64,000 bases of DNA from Balanoglossus misakiensis (Eukaryota; Animalia; Hemichordata), in the NCBI GenBank assembly GCA_040954595.2, contig CM082579.2:6189625-6253624 (forward strand). Reading direction: 5' to 3'. The stretch's first letter is position 1. Each line of letters opens with the position of its first letter. The translations under genes were made by a program, and so were the position numbers. This document shows, piece after piece, positions 13,901-27,138 of this stretch. Under the pieces are notes generated by a model. The model saw only the letters and a program-made list of their open reading frames with translations. It was not told the origin of the DNA and did not search any database.

Positions 13901-14406
13901 TCTCTCATTTCCAGACGCCCGACGAGATACCCGCCGACATATTGAAGATACTGACTGCACATGGGAAGCGCATCACCTCACTCTATGCGATCACCGTCCC
14001 ATACCACGTCTTCGCGTTCGCCGAGGCCAACCGCGTTGTGTTTTCCACGAGAAACCTGCTGTTAAAATTCAAACTAAAGAAACTAGGTACAAATCAGTTT
14101 TGCTCGTCTACTGGTCTAGGCTGACGTGTACGTACACGTGCAGAGTTGTTGTAAGAACTCGACATAGAATCCCCCAAGTTATTGACAAAGCGATGTTTAC
14201 GTGTGTTTGTTTTGTTATTCTAGGTTGTCCTGTCGGTAAATACGGTGGTCTTTGCGAGAACGATTGTATTTGTCAAAATGGCGCCCTTTGTCATGCATTT
14301 AATGGAGCATGCAAATGTCAAGCAGGATGGAATGGCGTGGCTTGTGACATCCGTAAGTGGCGATACATTCATTAGTATTATTAGTATTATAAGTTATTGT
14401 TGTTGT

Positions 14407-14479
<73 letters not shown>

Positions 14480-17400
14480 ATTGTTTTTGTTGTTTTCGTT
14501 CTGGTTTAGCTGAGACGAAAGTAACGATAAGACACCAGAACTTCGCGTATCCCTTTGGTGTACCGGTGTTGGTCACATGTAAAACCTACCACGTGAACAT
14601 ACCCAGTGACGTCAAAAATCAGGGGTACATCAATGGGACTGGCGTGCACAAGTGGTATATAAATGGCAAACTAATACGCTCCAAATACGAAGATAACATA
14701 TTCACTAGTGAAGATATTGAAGAATCATACAGGTAATATGCCAACGGTCTTTTCTATAGGCTACTGGCATGCTTTTTTAAGTTGATGTTGTTAGTTAAAA
14801 CTAACAAAACCAATTTTGAAATTGTTGCCTATAAGTTGATTTTCTTTCATTCAATGCTCGCAGTTACAGTTCATTCCAAGTCCATCGTTTATGGGAGAAT
14901 TGCACGGGAAAGTACGAATGTCGTGTACAGGACGAGTCAGGCAAAGTGTATTCCGATGCGACATATGTACAGATCTCAGGTTGCCAGGTCAATATGTGGG
15001 GCGAAAAATGTGACCTTGTATGCGATTGTGTGCATGCTGTTGATTGTGATCGATACAGTGGCTGCAGGTGCAGCCCTGGGTGGACGGGAGTTCACTGTGA
15101 CCAAGGTTAGTAATAATCAAAAATGTATACGTCACATTTGTCATACTGTGATTTGGTTAGTGACTTTAAACTAACAGTTTGGTAATACTCAAACGCATAT
15201 CATGACATCATCGTGTATACACAGACATGAATTATCACAGCCAAATTTTGTTTACAGTTTGTCCAAATGGTACATTTGGTGTAAACTGCTCAGAAAACTG
15301 TCTATGTGAAGATGAAGGCACGTCGTCTTGTGACACTGTGACTGGACGGTGCGCGTGCGCCGATGGTTTCTGCGGCGACCTCTGTCTAGAGCAGTGTTCG
15401 TGTAACTCATGGGAACAGGCAGTGTGTAATAATGATACGAATGGCTGCTCTTGTCTCCAAGGTAAATCTCTATGAATTTATATTATTATTTGTGGCACTA
15501 TCCTTCTAGTATTTAAAGGAAAAGTTCTTACAAGCCTAAAACCACATTTCACTAGTTCTTGCTTAAATCGTCCTCACTTCTGAGGCAACATTCTGATGTG
15601 CAATGCACGCGTCTGTGAAATTGGCGCATAAAAAATAGCATAGCCGTGCAAAATGAACAAAACCCTGTGCAGCCATCTTGGTAACTGCATGCTGGGAAAA
15701 ATACCCGGATGATGACGAATGTCAGTAATGAACTCATTGTGTTATAAATACCGGATTTCCATTCCCACCCTTTACATGCAGTTGGATCAAGAATACACGG
15801 AGATGTAACGTATGAGGGATTCATTGTCATCACGCTTCTGTGCCTGACTGTTGCGGTAGCAGTAGTACTGTTAATCTGTCGACCGCTCTTTCGACGAAGA
15901 AGTAAAACTTACCAACGTTTAGATGACGAAGAGGCAGAAATAAGTCACGTTATAGCGGTAAGGAATATGATAAGTCAAGTGACTTCAATACATTTTATAA
16001 TGTTCTTAATTTTGGCAATTTAACAGTCACAACATAGGAAAATCAAATTGTTTTGAAACAAATGTCATAATTGTCTGCATAACATTATTTGCTTCCTTTA
16101 ATGTGTGACTATGTCATACACGAACTTGTCGAAAAGTTTTACAAAGCGTGATATTCACTTTTCTAAAAATTAAAGTAAACATGAACTCGTTGAACCCCGT
16201 CTGGTGCATTGTTACCATGTAGGGAGTCATGTGTGCACATCAGTAACATTTTTATCCTGTCTTCTTTCTTAATAGGAAAATCACGGTCACTTTGCTGAGT
16301 GGGTGAGAAAAAGTGAAAACCTAAGACTATTAGACACACTCCTCGGAAAAGGGCACTTCGGACAAGTACACAAAGGACTTTACAACCTTCCTCGGAGCCG
16401 ACAAGCCGAAGAAGTAGCCGTAAAAACGCTCCTTCCGGGTAAGTCTCGTTAGTGTAGCTCATGGTCCGCAGCTCAACGTTGTAAGGCTCACCACCTAACC
16501 ATACTATACATTGATTACAAGTCACTCTACTACAATTGTTTGCCTGACTCATTTTCTAGCTCATAAAATGCGACTGAAATGTCTGCAGAGAATAAAATAT
16601 TGACGTTTTGCGGTGGTTTCCTTTCAGCAAGAAGAACCTACCAGTGCTATGTGGATTTTCTCGCTGAAATCAAGTGCTTAATCAAGTTATACGGGCACCC
16701 GCATATAGTCACATTGAAAGGCGTTATCCTCCTAAAAGGTAAATATTCTGAAAACGATTGTTTTCAAAGGAAACTGAACTGAACATCATGGCAGATTTCA
16801 CTTTTTTTGTCGATTTTTTGTCGACTTTCTTGACCATGGTACATTATGTTGTTCTCTAATGCCATTTCCAAATCAATCTTTCAGATGTCAAATGCTTCTT
16901 CATGGAATATGCTGCCAAAGGGAATCTTTTGGACCACGTGCGTTTCCTGGGCAACAAAATTTCAACCGATGCAGCGAACGATCTACTTCGGTATATCTTG
17001 CATGTCACTCTGGGAATGCAATTCATGCAGAAGAAAAAGGTAATTTGTGACGCTACAGCGAAAATTCTGAAATTTCACAAATATCTCGTTGATAGACATC
17101 TCAACAGTAAACTCGCGAAAGCGTTGGATATCGTTTGTGGTAAAATCCGTGAAAACTTGTGAATTGCAGTGCACAAGGGGTTACCACTATATAGGTGTTG
17201 GTGAATATTTCAGACATTTTGAAAAGTGTGAGTACACCCTGCTCCACAGAAACATACAGCACCATTCGCAACTTCCTTTTGATATGCCATTCACACAATT
17301 ACATTCTGTCTGCTGTGACTGCCTTAATTTAGATCATTCACAGGGATTTATCCTCAAGAAATATACTGATTTTTGACGGAGGTGTGGCCAAAATAAGCGA

Positions 17401-18940
17401 TTTCGGTCTCAGCAGAGATGTCAGTGAAAGCGAAGGGGTTTACAAGAAGTTTCCATGGGTTAGTATTGATCATTTTACTATGCAACACAGAAAATACATT
17501 ATTTATTTATTCGATATGAAATTTATCTGTTTGGATATCTCAGTATTTGATTCTAACGATGGCTATAATGTCATATTTGGTGATGCTTGCCAAGTTCAAG
17601 GTTAGCAACGGGTGTTAGAATGCTTTATAAGCTTACATGTACCTCTCACAAAGAATACGCCGCGTTCCATGCAGAAACCGTGTTTTAAGTAGTCCAGCTG
17701 CAATTCTGTTCCAAAGAGTGTCTTGTCCCAAGAGCTCTGTACAAACCTTGGCACGCTCCCCAGGTAACGTCATGTCATATCATTGATGTCCACGATAGGC
17801 CGAAGGACACGGTGCTTTGCCGCTAAAATGGATGCCGCCAGAGTTTCTCACCCGAGGAGTGTTTCATTTCAAGAGTGACGTGTGAGTATCAGGTTCAAAG
17901 TATGCGTTGGTTTACTCAACTTTAAAAGCTGATCAAATTCCTAGGAAAGGTATAGGTTTTTACATATGGTATCACGTAGCTGTCTCTTGGTTTTGCATTC
18001 ACAGGTGGTCTTTTGGTGTTTTGCTTTGGGAGGTCTGCACACACGGTATGTATATTGCGTAGATTTTATAACAAACTGCATATTCTTACTGACATCGTTA
18101 CAAAGCAAATGACGGTAGAAGTGTATTGTTGTAACATGTATACGACATGTGAATTTTAGCCTTGGCATTGACTTATATAATTGCTGTTGAATTCATTCAA
18201 AGCACTAACACAAACTCGAACCAATGAATTTTTTACACAGGAGAATCTCCGTTTGCAGAAGTCACCGACTATCAATTTACACGTAAAATAGACCGTGGCG
18301 AAAGACTAGACAGACCCGACTCGTGCAGTGAAAAGGCGTAAGTAACAATCACTCCCGGTCAGGTCGTGATGACCTTGTATTTTTTATATAGAAATTACTG
18401 TAAAACCGTGGAGGCATTCGATGTCATTAAATTACGAAATCCGAGAAGGGCCATCGTACTTCCTTCTTCAAAATTACTACTTCGAGTAGACTTCTCACTT
18501 CAAAATTTCGTTTCTAAATATATAATACATAACATATAACGTGGCTTTCTGATATTTTTCAGATATCAACTTATGCAAAAATGCTGGCAATCGCCGCTGC
18601 CGATGAGACCGTCTGCTGAACAGTTGACAACAGAAATTGAACTTCTAATGAGAGACACGGTATTTATCGCTTCCGCTTTCTAATTTGCATATTACAACAG
18701 TTAGATAGTGAATCTTAGAATTCTTGGCAGTGTGACAATTGTTTTATCAAACAGTCATGGCGTTTTGAGTCATATTTTACATTTTTGGTTGGACATCATT
18801 CTTTAGTATTCACTGAAATTCATGCGAGTCCCATTTCTTCACGATTATAAGTATTTGTTTTTCGATTACAGGGGCTGTTCGTCAAAAGGGCGGCTTATAC
18901 CAATCTACAGTTGGAACCATTTGACGGCATACTAGAATAA
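10985..18940 (+). CDS. Receptor tyrosine kinase copy A (signal peptide-cadherin-unassigned domain-EGF-Ig-EGF-EGF-TM-TK)
   Basis: About 23 exons with consistent phases. Signal peptide [17 protein letters not shown]; cadherin [39 protein letters not shown]; [13 protein letters not shown]; Ig (VTC..W..GKYECRV); TM at about 15820-15880; kinase motifs [46 protein letters not shown] and CW..RP; stop TAA at 18938-18940. Confidence 0.88.
14408..14479. repeat. (GAT)n microsatellite, intronic
   Basis: Perfect trinucleotide run between the EGF and Ig exons of RTK A. Confidence 0.95.
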
Positions 18941-19766
18941 TAAAATAATTTAACAGACACACTCAGGGTTATTTGAATTATCTTATCGATCGTCTTTACC
19001 ATTCATAAATCCCTTATATTTAAATTTGAACTGGGCGCACAGTAGGCTTAAGTCAACCAATTGTATATATCTGAACAGTAACATGTCCAATGAATACTTT
19101 TATTTATATAATAAAATGTTTATTTTCGAATACGTTTTCCTCCTCGGCTATGTTTTGTTGAAGGTTTAAAGACAAACAAGCAAATAAAATAAATATGTGC
19201 GTTCGAGATCAATAAAAATGATGACCCGAGCAAAGAAGTTTAGGGTCTTCCCCAGTCGCTTCTTAACGATTCTTACTTTCGCTATGAGTTACGTACACAC
19301 GTATTTATTTCTTTGCTTTATACATTTGCCAATCTCCAATGAGGAGTTGCACATCATGACCTAATGTAGGTGTCCAGCCGTCTGCAAACGGGGTCATATA
19401 GAAACTATATACTTTCGCCCTGTTGTGGGGAAAACCCGACCCGGCGCATTCGTGAGCTGAGTCATCTAAAGGGTTTAAGTTTTCGTATTCGACGACAATG
19501 GTATTACTGTGAACAGGAAAGTAAAGGTAGACGCCCACGCCTGACTTACGGTAGCGCGCTTGCTCACGGATTTTCCGAACAGGTGAGTGAAGTATATGCA
19601 AATCTCTGTCCCGGCCAGGGTCAAAGTTCACCATAATAGCAACTTCCTCCTTCTGTAAACTAGTAGTTCCTCATAAGTCTTTAGTTCTGGCAGTTGGACA
19701 ACAGAGATAGTCCCAATCTCGTGCCAGTTGTAATCGCACAAAATACAAGACTCCGTAGTCGTCGGT

Positions 19767-22700
19767 ATGGGCAGCAATTCGCTTATTTTTCGCCGAAGAA
19801 GTGAAACTGTTGTCTACCTGGTGGCATTTGTTCAAATAATTTTACTTCCGTACGTGGTCGGAGGAAGTGGAGACGTCGGTTACGGAGTTCAAGGGAGAGG
19901 TAAGCGTAATTGAATTGTGATTTTTAGAAATGAAATGTCTTTTTCTATATCAGTAGGCCTAAATTTCCAGGTAGTAACACCGTCGGTTGACTAATTTTAT
20001 AGTTACTGGGTGATGAATCGGAAGTTCAGAGCCTGAAACAGATTGACCTAGATACATGCTAATTAGTTTTTCTACGCGAGAGACTCCATATTGACTTGAG
20101 ACGTTCGAGAAACAATTATTATGATGGCAGCACACAAGCTAAAATTGGTTCCAACAAGATACCTCTGTGTGTAATAGGTACTGCGGGAAATGCTGCCAAT
20201 GGATGCACATCAGATCTGCAACACGTTTCTCTCAGAGTCCCAGAGGTAAGAGATATATCACCAAAATTAAACAGTTTTAAGATTGGACATTTTATCTTGG
20301 TATGTTATATAGATGAAGGCAAACTTACTTGGAATTTAGTTATATCCATCGCTAGTACAATGTACAATATTTTTCATATTTAATATTATATAAATTTAAA
20401 CCAATTACATAATACAAATTTTTCATTGCATAGTTGAAAGTACATGTATTACGTTTTATCTTTCTCTCTACGCCAGAATACAAAGACTGGTACGATTTTA
20501 TTAGAAATTCCCACAAACACGTCACAAATGACACAACTTGAAGATTTTACTGTCGCAGAAGGAAACAAGGTTTGTTACACCACGTTAGCCTGGGCATTGC
20601 AATTTAGTACGATTCTTCCGCTATGGGGTTGTTCTAAAGTGGAGGAAGTTGCCATAGTTTTGGAAGACTACGTTTATTCGAGTGTTGTTTGCAATTTGTT
20701 GGGAGCAGAATACTTTTACTTGAAGTAACTTTCATTCTCTTGCCTTTCCGCAGGATGGAATGTTTCGAATTGATAGTAATAATGGAACTCTGTACCTCAC
20801 GAAATACCTCGACTATAACATCTGCGATGTCTATAAGCTGCTCGTGTCTGCAAAGGAGGTAGGTGTTGTTTGCAGCATTAACTTTGTAACTTATCGATGT
20901 TGGGATATATCTTATAATTTTATATCTCCTGAATGGTATTATATTTTGCACCAGGTACAAAATGGAGGTACCCTACATTGCTACGTCTACAATATTACTG
21001 TAGCAGTCGATGACATAATCGGGTGGCCACGTTACTTTAACGAGACGTGTGCGTGGCCTGTGAGAAAAGCTGACAAATACGTGAGTAACATTTAATTGGC
21101 GCTTGAGTAAAGATGGTCTGTTATTAGCAGGTAATGCTGGCCTGGTTGACTGCAGCAGGGCGGTGACACGCTCAGAAAACCTTAGAACACTCTAGTGCAT
21201 TCACCTTCTCAACAAATTGACATCGGAAAACAATAATGTATCTGAAACGCAGGAAAAGCTACGATTGAATGGAATCAAAAGTTCATAACATGCTCTCCTC
21301 ATCTATATCCATTTGTTTATTGAAGCCCTGCATGTGTTTCTATTTCTAGCCACTACCCGCGACAGTAATCGTCAATGGTTGGGACATGGCAACCTTTTAC
21401 CAACCCACAAGTCGTAGAAAACACCTATATTCTTTTACTGTTGCGGACTTAGATAACGACATATGTAAGTTTTCGTTTTCGTGTTACTATATGTATATAT
21501 AAATGTATATGCGGTCAAATCATTCACTATACATGTATCTGTTCTAGCCAAACTCTACTGTTTATAAGATTCGTGCAGACAGACATACAGGCATGCAGAG
21601 AGCAGACAGATACACACAGAGACCATTATTTTTATATCAGTGTGTTAATTAACCATGCATACATGTATAAACACATGGCGTTGCATCATATACCAACCAG
21701 GGCAAAATTTACTTGTTCTTTTCAGGTGAATTCACTGTAATCGTTTCAAGAAATGAACATGTGTACAATAAGTACGAGCTTAATTGTACCAACTTAGACA
21801 TATACTTACGTATACGTAAAACTAAAGACCATAGGGACAGGCGAGAGAGAATAAACGTGGATTGCAAATATTTTGAGGTAATACTGTTTCACCGAGGTAC
21901 ATTCGTAATTACTTCTTGTTACTGATGTTGTCTAATGCTATATCCGATGTACTAAAATGGTTAAATTGAGGACCTGTTTAATTGCATTATATAAACATCA
22001 ACGCAAACCGAATTCAGCTTGTTTTAATCATGTACGTTATGGCGTATGCTTGCTTTTTATCTAAATGTGTGTTATATGATATAAGCATTCCCCTTACGGG
22101 TTTTGCCAATTTTAACACTGTCTCCGCCTCCGCAGGACCCGGATGAAGTACCAAATGATATTCTCAAGACCGTCATACCAGACGACGTTTTAAGTAGATT
22201 GAAGTCGTACAGAAAGATCCTGAGAAAATTTTTCGTGTTGAAAATTCCGTATTACTACTTCGCATACGCAGCGGAAGACGTCGTGGAGGGTTTTTATAGA
22301 AACTGGAGGTATACGTTCCAAATGAAAGCAATAGGTATGTATACCTTATATTCATACTTTTTTAAAGATAGAATGCACCTAAAAAAACTTAAACCTTTTG
22401 TTATATTTTTCTCAATGCGATTTTAGGTTATTGGGAGACACTGCGATTGTCAAATAGTCAATGTCAGCATCTTCGTTTAGTGACAGTTTAATCATAATTA
22501 TAACATTTTTTCTTCAAAATATTCTTTAATGAATTGTTTGTAACCGGTGTTTATTGTTTTCTTGTATATCAAGGATGTCCAGCAGGCAAGTATGGAGGGT
22601 TCTGTCAGCATGACTGCGTTTGTCAAAATGGTGCTGTGTGCCACACGTTCAATGGCGCATGCAAATGCCTGGAAGGATGGAAAGGGGTGGCGTGCGACAT

Positions 22701-25700
22701 CAGTAAGATTACATTCACTATTCACTCAGAAAACCCGCTCATTTATTTGGGTGTTTTGCTCATTCAGTTTTGACGATTCCTCCACGGCGAACATGCTGTT
22801 TGAGCCACGAAAAACGAATTATGCTAAAATCTTTCCCAGCAACACACTCCAAAAGTAAGTAATGTGCCGGCACAAATTGAATAAGTTCAAAGCTCTCCTC
22901 TTGAGAAATATTAACAGAAGAATCGCCTACAGGTTTACTGCATGGTTGTTGATGGTGTTATAATGAAGTTTTAAATTTTTCAGGTGACAGAGCAGTTAAG
23001 GTAATATCGAACAACGTATCAGCACATTATGGGGAGGAGGTAACGCTGACCTGTCGGGCTTTCCATATTGATGAAGACCTATTCTTTACCTGGCACATAA
23101 ACGGTGTTCTGTCGGAAAATTTTCATTCGGGAGACAACAACACACACGCGGAAGGAAACAGGAACCCATTGTACAGGTGAATACAGGACAGTTATTTAGA
23201 AAGTTCTAGATAAATCTGTCTATCTGGCCTAGACTGAATCACTTGGCATCAGAAAGGTTTCACTGCATAGATGACCAAGGCTTGCGAGGCACGGGCCTGC
23301 CGATTTCAATGTGTTATCACCTCCAGAAACTGATTCAAGGTATATCGTCTGCTTTTGGTGACACGTATTTTCTGTATGGCTTCACAAATGCACGCAGTTA
23401 CTAGTATCTCCAGCTTAGATGAGATTTTACACGTAATTGTATCGGACAGTATGAAGAAAGGACTACTTGTTCCTAATGCTATAATATTTTTTTCTGGGCA
23501 GGTACAGTACGATACATGTAAGTCACATGTCAGATGCATATGCTGGGGCGTACGAATGCCGGGCGCGGGATCAGATCGGCAAGGTGTATTATGACGTAGG
23601 ATACGTGAAAATATCAGGTATCATAGACCTTTCTCATCTTTGCCTCAAACATAATTATGATCAAAATCGTCAAGCTTTTGAGACTAGCGTAATACAGGAC
23701 GGAAACTTGTGTCCGTCTGTATATTTCAGGGGTTCTGCTCGTCGCAGTTATTTAACCATTGCTAAACATTGCTTCGGCTCACACTGACACTAACCTCTTT
23801 GCGAACTATATATGAAATTGTAATGTTTAATGACCTTGATTATTGTATATGCATGTAGGATGTCGAGTGCTTCATTGTATTGATTGGTTCATCTATATTT
23901 TACAGGTTGTCGGAGCAATGCTTGGGGCAGTAAATGCGACAAAGCGTGTGATTGCCTACATTCTGTGGATTGTGATCGATACCGTGGCTGCACGTGTAGC
24001 CCCGGGTGGACGGGAGTTCATTGTGACCAAGGTTTGAAACTGCCACTTATCTTACACACAAATAACCAGTGTACAATTCTGTTGCATGTCTGACACATCC
24101 ACACATTGAACATCTACTGCGGATTGGCAGCCATTTTAAGTTGCAGTATAATTACATGTGTTGGTATATTGCAAAACAGTCTTTCAATGTGATTGGTTAC
24201 AGTTTGTCCAAATGGAACATTCGGGGACAAGTGCTCTGAGAAGTGCCATTGTGAAGATGAAGGAACCCTGCTTTGTGACGCCGTGACGGGAACTTGCACG
24301 TGTTCCGAGGGTTTCTGTGGTGACATCTGCCAAGAGAAGTGTGCTTGTTTTCCATGGGAAGTACCGGTATGTGACGTAAACACAACAGCGGGCTGCACGT
24401 GTCAGCAAGGTAACATAATATAGGTCACTTTCGTGACTTCTATATGACCATACCTTTTTGTATTTCCGTTGTCAAAAATCATGCGTATATTATTTGTTTT
24501 ATACTAAGTCGTCGTCGATACAAACTCTTCCTTACAGGAGCAACCAGACCACAAAATCCCCGGATGGATGTGAAATTGATAGGCATAGGTGCGGGTGCAG
24601 GTGAAGCTGTCCTTGTGTTAGCTGTGATAATTATTTCATGCCTAGTATGGCATGTGAAAAGGAATAAAAAATATCAGCGCCTTGAAGACGAGGAGTCAGA
24701 AATAGTGAAGACTGTACAGGTAAGGGTTTCAAGTTTACGTGTTTGATACAATCGGAGACGGCGATTGGAATGATGTTTCCTAACCTGGTAAATTTTATAT
24801 CCCATTTTCTAAAGGAATATCTAGGTCACTTCGGAGAATGGATGATTAAAAGTCACAACATAACACAGTCAAATACTTTGCTTGGACAAGGGCAGTTTGG
24901 GCAGGTGCATAAGGGTCTTCTGAAGCTTCCGCATAAAAGAGGGCCCGAAGATGCCGCAGTAAAAACACTGTTGCCAGGTGAGTACCGTTACAATGACGTG
25001 CCAGTAAACTGTAGCCGGAATGCTTGACAGCTGGAATCGGGGTATGTGCGATAAAGGGCGGGTGTCGTTCCATCTGTGGCTGTGGGTAAGGCTTATGGGT
25101 CAATTGGGACACTGTTGCTAGCATCTCAAAGAAGGCACACAGTGCAACTGTCTGATACAATGTACATCATTGCTAACAACGCGGAACTACTTTTTTTACA
25201 CTGTACATCAAGGCGAACCAATGCGCCGTTACATTTACTTTACTTTGCAGCAAGGCGAACCTACCAGTGCTATGTTGATTTTGCCCGTGAAATTCAGTGT
25301 CTGGTCAAGTTGCATGGACATCCAAACATAGTTGCGTTGAGAGGCATTGTCCTGAAAAGGGGTGAGTTGACGTTAAAGATTATCAAAATGTCCACAAAAT
25401 GTAAGAGCCATACATGTATCGTTGTCCGGTGCTGAGGGCACCGAGCTCACGTTTAGATACCGCCGCGGACTACTTTACGGTCCGCGGCTGTAAAGAGGTC
25501 AGAGAATGATCACGTGGACATGGCCGCCATGTTGTCACCTTGTACAAAAATTAGAAACTTTGCCCTCATAACGGGATCATTGCTTCTCCCTTGCCGTATA
25601 CGAATTCAACGTAATGCAAATGAATTCTCATTAGAGAATAAACCCACGTTTTGTTAACATCCCTTGCCAGGTATCAAATGCTTTGTCATGGAATACGCTA

Positions 25701-27138
25701 CCAGAGGTGATCTTCTTGAACACGTTCGTTGCCTGGGCGACACAATATCACAACACAGTGAACAGGAATTACTTGACTACCTTCTCCATGTGACAGCTGG
25801 GATGCAATACATGCAAGAGAAAATGGTAACGGATTTCTGGTTTGTTTGACTTGTGGAATAACGCATGATAATTTGTTTTCTGTAAAATCACACACAGTCA
25901 CCTTAATGAAATCAGTTTGACCGTCACATTGAACCATGCTCCATTTAGATTCTTCACAGAGACTTGTCGTGTAGAAACATATTACTGTTCGACGGAGGGG
26001 TGGCCAAAATAAGCGACTTTGGCCTCAGCAGAGACGTCAGTGAAAGCAATGGCCTTTACACGAAATTGCCTTGGGTGAGTAGCCGTATACATCTACATCC
26101 GTTGATGTTTCATCTCCGCTACAATGCAACAAGACACGTGTGTTTCCATCGTAAAGGCTGACCACCCAGTTTTGGACTTGATAACATTACACTTTAGTGC
26201 ATCACTTGTGCCACTAAACTCCCTTAAATTTATACCTTACAGGCTGAAGGACAGTGTCCGCTACCGCTGAAATATATGCCACCAGAATTTATAACGAAAG
26301 GAGAGTTTCATTTCCAGAGTGACATGTAAGGAATTTGCAAACATTTCGGCATTTCTGCTCTTCAGTCTTTGTTCACATAAAGCTGTTACTGGCCGTTGCA
26401 AAATATGGCAACAGAGAATATTTGATGAATAAACTGGCATAAGAGTCATTTATTTATTTATAATAATACCTAATAACGTGTTATTTCAGATGGTCATTTG
26501 GCGTTTTACTGTGGGAAGTGTGCACACACGGTATGTATATTAACCTGTAACAGGAATAAATCTCTAAATATACCTCCATTTTCAAAGATTTTTCCTAGAA
26601 ATACATTTATATGTAAAATTACAGTTATACTCATCACTTATCTGTTGACATAGGGGACTCGCCGTTTAAAGAATATGACACTTATCAGTTTATGCGGAAC
26701 ATCGCCCGTGGACAAAGACTAACCAGGCCTGAACACAGTACACAAACGGCGTAAGTAACTCTGAAGACATTTGACCATAATCGAATACTTATTGTGGAAA
26801 TGAAACCATTTGATCGTCACCTTTCAATATCAAACTATGATGTTGACAAAAATCATCTTATATTTTCTTTCTACAGATACCAGGTTATGCGCAAGTGTTG
26901 GGACATGCCATTGCAGAGACGACCCTCAGCTGTACAGCTCGCGAGAGAAATCGAACTCCTTAGAAATGGCGAGGTAAATTTATCTGCCTTTGTTACTATA
27001 AATCAAAGTAGTACATGTATGTGCTTCAGAAATCTAAGTCTTACCCTATATTTTCATATTTTGCTCAAGATAACTATTCAAGAGGCTCTTTCTTTTCACT
27101 TGCAGGGTCTGTTCTGCACTGAGGGCGCAGGTGATTAA
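19767..27138 (+). CDS. Receptor tyrosine kinase copy B (same architecture, short C-tail)
   Basis: Exons are colinear with copy A: cadherin (20458-21080), [13 protein letters not shown], Ig, two EGF exons and [27 protein letters not shown]. Kinase motifs are [21 protein letters not shown] and LPLKYMPPE. It ends [10 protein letters not shown]. Confidence 0.88.

Noticed and set aside
14394-14576. Poly-His ORF on the minus strand
   Set aside because: It is a translation of the intronic (GAT)n microsatellite.
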